A DNA stretch of 64,000 nucleotides, from the NCBI RefSeq assembly GCF_006345805.1, contig NC_043008.1, forward strand, positions 2,728,001 to 2,792,000. The letters are read 5' to 3'. Under the pieces are notes generated by a model, which was given only the letters and a program-made list of their open reading frames with translations, was not told the origin of the DNA and made no database searches. This stretch comes from Octopus sinensis (lineage: Eukaryota). Position numbers and translations under genes: made by a program. Position 1 is the first letter of the stretch, and each line of letters opens with the position of its first letter. Below are positions 54,353 to 64,000 of this stretch, piece after piece.

Positions 54353-54730
54353 TATAAATATATGCTTGGGTGAACTAAAGCCTCATCAGCTGACGCTGAA
54401 TGAGTGATGATAGACATGTAGAATCTTGTAAGCTTTCAATCAAACACTTAATAATATCGTCATTGTGAAAGTTAATTTGATATCTGCCTGTTCAAAGAAG
54501 ACTACGTTGGAGCTCTCTAGGATAGAATACACGTTATTCACCCAGTAGCCATAATCAATTCGAGGCGAGCAAGGGGAATTACAAAAAAGAAAAGATTAAG
54601 TTAAATTTACTTTTTCTTTTTCCTATTTTTATGCTTTATTTCGTTCGTTTTTAGTTAAGATAAATTATATCGATGATTTCTAAATGTATAATTTTAATTA
54701 TCGAAATAGTAAAACAGTTTTAAACAATAC

Positions 54731-54850
54731 AGACCTGAAGAATGGCAGTATAGTTGGATAGATAAAGTATTGAATTTCGACAATATCGCTAGGTCTATTG
54801 TCATGAAACGTGCGTAGTCATGAAACGTGCGTAGTCATGAAACGCGCGTA
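54731..54850 (+). ncRNA. Hammerhead ribozyme motif with triplicated 17-bp stem III/cleavage unit
   Basis: GAC-CUGAAGA-AUGGCAGUA...UAUUGUCAU-GAAAC-GUGC-GUA-GUC; unit gtcatgaaacg(t/c)gcgta at 54800-54816, 54817-54833 and 54834-54850. Confidence 0.75.
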
Positions 54851-54976
54851 ATGTATATGAATCAGTGTAAGTGCAAGTATTATGTTGATAATATTTAATC
54901 TTATGTATCTCTATCATAGATAATGTTGTTCAATATTGATTGAGTTGCGTCAAGTTGTTTCTGCCTCTTAAACCGA

Positions 54977-55187
<211 letters not shown>

Positions 55188-58100
55188 ACTAATACTCATA
55201 TGCGAAAACGCGAGATAATGTACAGAATTATTCTCCTCCCGTTGACTTTATTATTTAGTTCGTTTACTAAAATAATAAAATACGATAATAACTGGAATAG
55301 AGAAACTGGACTTATAACATCATGTCATATATTTGCACATTTATCAGCCGACGTATTTGAAAATGTGCGTGTTATTGACCGCATATTGTTGAATGTAATT
55401 ATGTGTGTTTGTGAGAGAGAAAACCTGCATTCGTGTGTGTGTGCATGTGTGTGTGTGTGTGTTTGTATGTGTGTACATGTGTTATCTACAGATATTCTCA
55501 GTACTTAATTCCGTGATATTTCTATGCGCATCAAAATGACAACTCGCGTGATGCTGTCATCAGCAGAATGTATGTTCAATAGCTTTTGACATCATCAAAG
55601 GAAATTATCTGATGCTTATAGTGTGATTTAGTGGTGAAGAAATTCAAACCGACGGCAACCGTCGAAGAATGTAAACCATAACGTGATAGAAATTTGTCTC
55701 CGAGTCATGTGAAAGCATGTAGGCGTCTCCCACTCTGCTGATACAAGAGAGTTCAAGTTATATTTCACTCGGCATTTGTAGCCCGGTTCACTGTAATGCG
55801 TCAATTATAGTTTAGATTCTCATACACTTTGCAGCATTATATACCAAGATGAGTATTGTTTAAGAGCCTGTAGGTCTAAAGGTCAGATAGCAAAGTAAAG
55901 CCTTTATATTGAGTAACAAAAAATCACAGATCTAAGAATTTTACTCGAATAAAGACGCACCACCTTCCTTTAAGTTATACTAAATACATAAATGCAAACA
56001 GAACACGCCTGTGCTAATATAGTTTTGTTCCCTATATCCTCTTGGTCTCGGGATTTTCATCTACATCTTTCGTGAACTAGCATAAAGAAATAGACGTTAT
56101 TATAAAACCTCGTATTATAAACGATTATATTGCATCCTAGACATGAGTTTATAAAGTTTTATGAACAGAAAAAGAAATGCTCTCATTAGATTACAAAAAA
56201 AAAGAACCACCAAACCCCTAGAACATCACTGTAAAAATCAGAGTGTTAACCTAAGTTCAACAAGAAGTATCTAATAAACAATACCTTGACATGTGTGGCC
56301 AAAATTAAAAGAATAACGCAACACTAGACTCCAACAGTCTCCAACAATTACTGGTGAGTCATATAAAATTACTCTCGATGTTTGACAGAGTACGAGCAAG
56401 CATGGAAACTACCAAAAGAGGGGACATTTTCCAACATTTGCAAACTTACTCAAGCAATTTCCAAATATCTATCCCCGTAAATGACTGATTTTAGCATAAA
56501 GCACAACGTGAATTTGGACAAAGCGTAACTGGTGATCGATGTTAAAGCTAGATAATTAATTAGGCGAGAGACATAGGAAAGCTACTGGATATTTTCCCGT
56601 TTTCCTCTACGCTCATAAAACATTTATGTTCAGTAGGTTCAACACAAACAGGAGTCAGTGCCATCAACATAACGATTAGAAGTTGTGTATTACTGACAGC
56701 AGAAAACTGTAAGCTGTCGAGATTTCACACGAGTGAGCAGCATGAATTTTACTATGGCGTTTTCATTAGAAGAACTTGAGCAGAATCGATAGAGGTGCAG
56801 AAGAATCAGAGTCGATTAATGCTGTTAGTGATTATTAATTTAAAAGAGCTAATAGCTATATTTTTCCACCGACATGGAACTTGTAGAGGGCGCTTGGTCA
56901 TATGCTCGTGAAGTAAGTAATTGTCAATGTAAACGTTAGCGTTCTTTCAGACGACTGAGCAAACCCGAATCCACGTTCGAACGTAGAATGGGTGCGACGT
57001 AAGAGCAAAACTGCAATGAGCTCATCTCATTCAAATCAAAGCAAATGACGAACAGGAAACTTTGAAATGGTTTTCATAACTAAATGACCTGTTCTAACCC
57101 TCATTGTAATACGTGGACTACTGTAAAAGCTAGGAAAGAGGGGAAACTACGCACAGACTGGTAGTATCGTGTGTTTACATCTAAGCTTAGAATGCTTGCC
57201 CTTAAGCTACATGTATGCTGTACAGATATGATGACATCTAACTATACATTTGGCACGTTTCCTGTTTGCATGGCTTCACATTTATTCTGCAAAATATAAC
57301 GAACAAAATATTAACGTCTATTTCAAGCCATATACTTATATAAATGCGGAGAGCTTTGGACAAAAACACCGTGAAGAGAATGACAATGTACAGAACTGTG
57401 CAACTCTGAGTAAATAACATCAGAACAAGCCTTAATTAGGTACACTAACCACAACACTGAAAGACCTTGACAGATTTTAACATCGCTATTTGGTGGTTGT
57501 TCACGCTGGGGATATTTTACCGGTTTTCAGATCATGGATGCTGAAAAGAATATGAACTAAAAGCAAAATAAAGGGCCATATATAGAGTTGGGGTAATGCT
57601 GCTGGAACTAGAGATATGTCAACAAGATATATCTGAATAAGCGAAACGTGTGAGATGTGTTAATCTCTCTCTCTCAGTGTGAAAGGAAACCTTGTACTGG
57701 CAGCAAACAACTACTTCACATTTGCTAATCTTAAACATATGTTCCTATTTTCTGGTGAAGATCCTACTTCAGAAACAGTACGATGGCTAACAAAGTGTTT
57801 TATGTGTCAATCTGAACAGGTTGTAATCAATAATTCACAAGTACACACTAACACGGCCTCATGGCGGAGAATATAAATTGTCACTGCATGTTACTTAATA
57901 TTTGTTAAAATATCTCTCTTCAATGCAAATGCTTCCTGTGTAGTTAGAAGAGTCGTGTGGCATTCCAAAATCTAAAATTTGGTCAAGCCTCAATTTTCAC
58001 TTATTTTAACGCGACACCGCTTAGTAAATATATTTTTATGACGGGCAACAGCGACAGAATTCATGGGCAGAAACACTTCGATCTCTTTCCTTACCTTTTC

Positions 58101-58436
58101 TTATTATCAACTTAAGTTAAACTTTTCTAAATTATATATATGTATGTATGTATGTATGCATGTATATATATATATATATATATATACATATGTATGTATG
58201 TATATATATAAACATACATGAGTAAATGCATACACATACACGCCCAAACAGATACACGCACCCCCTCTCTCTCTCTCTTGCACACACACACACTCGCACA
58301 CTCATACGCACATACTCACACACGTATATATATTTGAAACTCTATGAGAAATACTTAATAATCTATTGAAGTGTAAATCTGATTTACTTTTAAACTATGC
58401 CTTTGTAAGTTTTTCTTACCAATTTCCCAACTAATA

Positions 58437-58458
58437 TAATAATAACAACAACAACAAC

Positions 58459-58513
<55 letters not shown>

Positions 58514-58563
58514 GCAACAACAACAAAAACAACAACAGCAACAACAACAACAACAACAGCAAT
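58437..58563. repeat. (AAT)n/(AAC)n trinucleotide microsatellite
   Basis: Seen directly; source of the poly-I/L/V ORFs. Confidence 0.97.
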
Positions 58564-58774
58564 ATCATACACACTAACATTCCTCTGTAATTCTGGCAGC
58601 AGCGACATACTTCGTCTGAATATGGAGTAATCAGTGTCATCAACTGTTGTACGTGCCTTGTACTCTAATTTGTGAACGTGTGATACATTTGAATTTTAAA
58701 AGTAAATAACCGGGGAAAAAAAAACAGGTTAACATTTATCCAAATTTTTAATGATTCTGCCTCTTCTCTTCATA

Positions 58775-58985
58775 TTGATTTCAAATTTTGGCACAAGACC
58801 AGACATCTTGACAAAGGAGCTAATTCGATTATATCGACATCAGCGCTCAACTGGTATGTATTTTACCGACCCTGATATGTTAAAAGACAAAATTCACCGT
58901 GCCGGAATTTGCACACAACTTCAAAAATGACGAAGTGTCACTAAGATTCTAGTAACCGTCATTACATTCTACTAATTGGCCTTCT
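58775..58985 (-). mobile_element. SINE family B, decayed
   Basis: tttcaaattttggcacaagacc...tcgattatatcgac...caactggta...ccggaatttg. Confidence 0.65.
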
Positions 58986-59182
58986 TTCTATGTCTGTTAA
59001 TATTAAAATAAATGTAACAACTGTAGCATCAGCAATAACAATAATATTTAGAACGTCAATGTCGATTAATCTGAACGCTCTTCTAATTTCATTGGGTGTC
59101 CAAACTATCAACTACACTGGCCAATGAAAACAAGTCCATTTTCTGACACAAGCAGAAACCATCAAACAGTATTGATAATGTA

Positions 59183-59362
59183 GCTCTATATTTAAGAGAT
59201 GAGGAATTATGTACATTATTTACATTATTTATATTTGACGGATATTTGTCCTCATATTGCTTGTTGTTAGCACAATGTTTCGGGTGATATACCCACCAGC
59301 CGACATCAGGTGTCTGGGGGAAATTTCGAACCTGGGTTCTCATTCCTAAGGTATTCTTCGAT
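59183..59362 (-). mobile_element. PLE-like terminal repeat with degenerate hammerhead
   Basis: Minus strand acac-CTGATG(T)-cggctgg...caccc-GAAAC-attgtg at ~59271-59313; abuts (TTA)n. Confidence 0.6.
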
Positions 59363-59384
59363 GTTGTTATTATTATTATTATTA

Positions 59385-59458
<74 letters not shown>

Positions 59459-59490
59459 GTTATTATTATCATCATTATTATTATTATTCA
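59362..59490. repeat. (TTA)n microsatellite
   Basis: Seen directly; source of the poly-N/I/L ORFs. Confidence 0.97.
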
Positions 59491-60569
59491 TTTCACTGCC
59501 TGTAAGCGATGAGTTTGACCGAATTGATAGCATGCCAGTGGAAAGTCTTTGCAGCATTATTTTTTTCTGGTTTTTCATTCTAAGTTTAAATCTCGTCAAA
59601 GTAAATTTCGCCTTTTATCATTTCGTTTTTTAGTCGATAGAATAAATACCATTCGAGCAACGGACTTGAGGTAATCGACTGACCATGTCTCACCAAAATT
59701 TTGAGCCATTTATCTGTTGAAGAAAAACTTATGAGAAAGAGGTGAGATCGCAGACTTGTTACAGCGTCTAAAATAAATATTTGTCGAATACTGGTTCCGA
59801 TGTAATCGACGTGTTTGTTCCTCTCAAAATTCCACGACTTGTGCCAAAATATATAAGTCGATATTATTATTAGTAGTAGTAGTAATCGTAAGATTAAGTT
59901 TAGTAGTTGCAGCATCAGCAACACTGGCAGTAGTATTTCTCTTGTATTTTTATCGTATTAATTCACTTCAGATCAGAGCACATATTTTGTAGCCCGGTCA
60001 TGTGCGGTTTTCTGTTTTGGTTTCATTGTCGTTGTTTGCCAATATCTCTCTCTATATATTATATAGTCAATACCTATTAATGCTATCATCTGTTTGTTGT
60101 CTTGTGTACTTGTTTTGGGATTTTTGTTTGCATATTTATTTACATACGTTTTCCCATTCCTAAAGCAACTGTTATTATACGATTTGTTTCTCTTTTTTTC
60201 CAATCTCTACTTAGGTGTCTTTCTATTTGCATGGTTCTTCCATTTCTTTCAGACACATTTTGATACAACTATTAGGAGATATTCTTTACTTATTGAAATT
60301 TGGAAAATGGCATCTCCACAATTAGCATTAATATCTCTGTCTGTGAGAATTGTCATATTCCTGATTACGGTCATTCTGCCATTCGCTGAGTCTCGTTGAA
60401 TAGTGTGCTTTTACCATTCCATTTCAGTTCGTATTCCAGAATGCCATTATAATCTCAAATTATTACAGTTTCAATTCTGTTGTATGTCTACGGTTATCAC
60501 ATTTTCGTTTAAGCATGACAACAGCGAACCATAAAATTTTTTTATTAAAGACCTATATGTATAAGATTA

Positions 60570-60663
60570 GCAAAGCTGGTCAAAGTCTTATAAGTGGATT
60601 TAGTAGAAGGAAACTGAAAGAAACCCGTCGAATATTCATATATATATATACATATGTATATAC

Positions 60664-60700
<37 letters not shown>

Positions 60701-60705
60701 TGTAT

Positions 60706-60749
<44 letters not shown>

Positions 60750-61015
60750 GTATGTATATATATGTGTGCCTGTCTCTCAGTGTATATGTTTGTATTCATG
60801 AGTGTGCTTGTCCCCCCCTACCACCACCAACGCTTGACAACCGATGTTGGTATGTTTACGACCCCGGTTCGTAGCCTAGCGGTTCGGTAAAAAGGGTCGA
60901 CATAATATGTACTAGGCTTGCAAAGAATAAGTCCCGGTCTCTATTTCTGCGACTGAGAACCATTTGATGGCAGCACTGCCGCAATCAAATGATTGAAACA
61001 AATAAATAACTAAGA
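60570..61015 (+). mobile_element. 5'-truncated SINE family A with expanded internal (TA)n
   Basis: gtggatttagtagaaggaaactgaaagaaacccgtcg...cgcttgacaaccgatgttggt...actaggcttgcaaagaataagtcc...caaatgattgaaac. Confidence 0.85.
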
Positions 61016-62363
61016 GAAGAAGCTTGTTGACTTTTATATTCTACTCACTTTTTACTTGCCTCTTCTGAGAAAGATTTCTTGTTGCGACACTTTCGTTTTA
61101 GTATTTTTATTTTCGTCATCCTCATCATAAAACTATCATAACACTTTACTCCCTTATTCCTCATACTTGAGTTTTTGTTTTTAAAATTTTAGATACAAGG
61201 ATCTCAACCCCATATATATATTTTTAATTATATTCTTATTTTAATTAGGCATTTTCAAATGTTCTTTATGTTTTCTCATAGAGTCCAATGGTTCTTCGTG
61301 TGCTTCGCCATATATTTGATCAGTTTACATTAAGAAATATTCATATCCTTCTAAATCGAAGACCTTTCGTGTATGTCTCAGATAACTGGGTATCTGAAGC
61401 ATGCCAATAATTTACACTGGAGAAAAGTAAATTCAAAATACACATGACATTGTATATCTACCTTAAATATGACCACTTTTCAAGAGATACTTTAAACGAT
61501 TTTTGTATTTTTAGATTTGATATTCTATATAGTTTTATTAATCGTGTTCTAATACGCAGATATTCTAACTATTGAAAAATGGTTTAACATACCTGCACAA
61601 AAAAAAAAAAAATCCTTTTGACTTTCATATGATCTGCGCAATTTGGAACACATCATTATAATCGTTGATAGGAGCAAAAATCTAAAAGCTTTCTAATCAG
61701 AATATTATAACAAGTGGTTATAGCTGGAACAGCTGGGCTTCTGATTCCAATTGCATTGTTTTAAACCTTTAAAGCAGATTAAATATATAAATAAAACACA
61801 TTTCTATTATTCATTTCTAAATGATTCGCTCACGTGCTATATTTTAAATAGTTCATTAATTGCTAATTACTTCCAGACTGCTGTGCTTATAATTCCCTTA
61901 TTTGTGTCATCACGTACATTATTACAAATTTTTGTTTTAATAATTTTCTTTCCTTCAACAGTGACGTGATACATTATTTTGAAATCTTTACAATTTAAAA
62001 ATTTTCTATAAGATATTTATCAGAAATATAGAATAACTGATTACTCGCTTAGGAAACTCAGTCCTTATTCCATATTTCTTTCTCCATGCATTCGAATGTA
62101 TAATAAGGTTTAAATATAAGTGTGTCATATACAGATTTTTCTGTCAGCACGTGGCTATTTTCCCCATGCTAAATGTATCTTAAATCCGTAAATTAGTTAC
62201 AAAATCTTTAGCTACTCGATTACAAAATTGTCCAAAACATAAATGCGTCTACTTTCTCTGACATTCTGCCTTTACATCTGTGAAATGGATTTGTTCACCT
62301 TTCCAGACGTATGAGCCTTTTTGGTATATACGTCTTTATGTTTAATACGCGTATACAAAAATG

Positions 62364-62580
62364 CGGCGAGCTAGTAGAATCGTTCGCACACCAAGCGAAG
62401 GGCATTTCGTCCGTCTTTATGTTCTGATTCCTGTTCCATCGTGGGCGACTTTGCTGTTCATCCTTCGTGGTTGATAATGTACAGACCAGCTCAGCAGTGG
62501 GGTCAATGTAATCGAGTCGCCTCCTTTTCTTCACCGTTCTTACTTGGGCCTGTGCCAAAATTTGAAATCAAAATTATCTT
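62364..62580 (+). mobile_element. SINE family B, full length
   Basis: gcggcgagctagtagaatcgttcgcac...gcatttcgtccgtctttatgttctg...gactttgctgttcatcc...tgtgccaaaatttgaaa. Confidence 0.8.
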
Positions 62581-62985
62581 TAGGCGCATGTGCAGTTGTA
62601 TCTTTAGAAGCTTGTTTTCCAACCACATACTTCTGGGTTCAATTCCTCTGCATGATACCTTGAGCAAGTGTCTTCTACTATAGCCTCGGGATGACCAATG
62701 CATTGTAATTGGATTTGGTAGAGAGAAACTGAAAGAAACCCGTCGTATATACATATGCATGTGTGTTTGTATTTGTATGTGTGTTGAGGTTGTCACAAAT
62801 AATCGATTGCCAACCGTAGTTGGTGTGTAGTACGTCCCCGTAACCTAGTGGTTCGGTAAAAGAGTACGATAAAATAAGTACTAGAATTACAGAAAATAAG
62901 TCCTGGTGTCGATTCGTTCAACTAAATGCAGTGCTCCAACATGGCCGCAGTCAATTGTCTGAAACAAAGAAACGAATAAAAAAAT
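62581..62985 (+). mobile_element. SINE family A, full length
   Basis: aggcgca...tgggttcaattcc (B-box-like)...caagtgtcttctactatagcctcggg...gtgctccaacatggccgcagtcaattgtctgaaac. Confidence 0.88.
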
Positions 62986-63083
62986 GTATGTAACGCTTTA
63001 AAATGGTTGACAAATAGTTTCATAGCATAAAAAGTATCAAAATCTCAAAAGCTGCTCGTAGATGCTTGGGTTTCCAGGATATC

Positions 63084-63121
63084 TGTTCCGTGATGAGTGA
63101 ACGTCCGAAACGTTCAGGACA
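63084..63121 (+). ncRNA. Degenerate minimal hammerhead motif (probable PLE 5' repeat)
   Basis: tgttc-c(g)TGATGA-gtgaacgtcc-GAAACGTTC-aggaca; stem I tgttc/ggaca, core disrupted by one base. Confidence 0.5.
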
Positions 63122-63671
63122 CTCCCATCATGGTTTTATTACCTTGGATGTAAAAAATTTAATATTTTCCATTGTTTTTTCAGGTCTTGTTTGAATGGTT
63201 GCAGGAATAGAGCAAACTAACTTTGAAATTGAAGCTTGATACGAATGCTTATATGGAGAAGATATTTCTTAAGCAGTGATGAGTGGTTACGTCTAGCAGG
63301 GCGATAGGTGGTGTTACACACTTGTAGTAGACGGGGTATTTTGATATTCGGAGGAAGAGAAGAATAATGCAAAACTTCGGTGAAACAGTCTAACTTTCCA
63401 GTGTCCTAATTGCTACTTTTTGTCGATCAACTGATGGGAGAAAGATAAAGTTGACTGTGACGGAAGTTGATATGCGAAAACAGGAAACGGGAATAAATAC
63501 TGTGATTTTATTGAATTTTAATTTGGAGACGAGAAGAAGAAAAATATATTTCGAGATTGGTTTGTAGCTCAACCGTTTTGTACCAGTATGAGTAGCACAA
63601 TCTTGCAATGATAACCTTTGCAATTTGCGCTGAAATGGATGTTCCCCCGTTTTTGGAAGTTTCAGTTTGTA

Positions 63672-64000
63672 TACACTCGCCTCCTTATGAGAGCTCAAAA
63701 TCTCTCGTGGAAGCGCCATCCAACCAAAATGCAAATATATGGGAAACTACCACCTGTGTCATCTCTTGTGAAAGGTAGGAGAGTCCAGTTTGCTGGTCAT
63801 TGTTGTAGAGCTGAAAAAGAAGTAATTTCTACTCTTCCCCTCTGGAAGCCATCTACTCGCAATACCAGAGGGCGCACACTCTCCTACCCTGATGTAATCT
63901 CCTGGGATACAGGCATCCAGCAACAGGACCTCCGTAATGCCATGATGGACCGTGAAGTCTGGCGTAGCATGGTAAATTCCATTGTCTCGACCACGGTCGA
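63672..64000 (+). mobile_element. 5'-truncated RTE-group LINE ORF C-terminus, open to the window edge
   Basis: Uninterrupted frame YTRLLMRAQNLSWKRHPTKMQIYGKLPPVSSLVKGRRVQFAGHCCRAEKEVISTLPLWKP...RGRTLSYPDVI...LRNAMMDREVWR (RR..FAGH..R and DR..WR motifs of RTE/RTE-X). Confidence 0.9.

Noticed and set aside
54800-54850. Short direct repeats containing GAAAC, superficially CRISPR-like
   Set aside because: Contiguous units with no spacers, no cas genes, eukaryotic context; explained as a hammerhead duplication.
62581-62660. tRNA-like A/B box sequence
   Set aside because: SINE head; it does not fold into a cloverleaf, so it is not a tRNA gene.

Overview
AT-rich eukaryotic genomic DNA, saturated with microsatellites. 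The SINE families and the (TA)n/(GATA)n density point to a coleoid cephalopod, probably Octopus; this is an inference from remembered repeat families, not a database match. I can support no intact host protein-coding gene, and nearly all listed ORFs are microsatellite artefacts or transposon debris. The window reads as intergenic or large-intron DNA. It holds decayed R4/Dong, RTE and CR1-group LINEs, Tc1/mariner relics, two Helitron-like elements, many tRNA-derived SINEs, and Penelope-like (PLE) terminal-repeat fragments carrying hammerhead-ribozyme motifs. The most striking structure is at 29.75-30.7 kb: a palindrome with ~200-bp arms whose centre is two back-to-back type I hammerheads (one intact, one with a core A-to-G change), a second ~80-bp palindrome, and further hammerhead cores, all between (TA)n tracts. 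A hammerhead with a triplicated cleavage module lies at 54.7-54.85 kb. I cannot claim a wholly new biological system; these are unusual configurations of known element classes.
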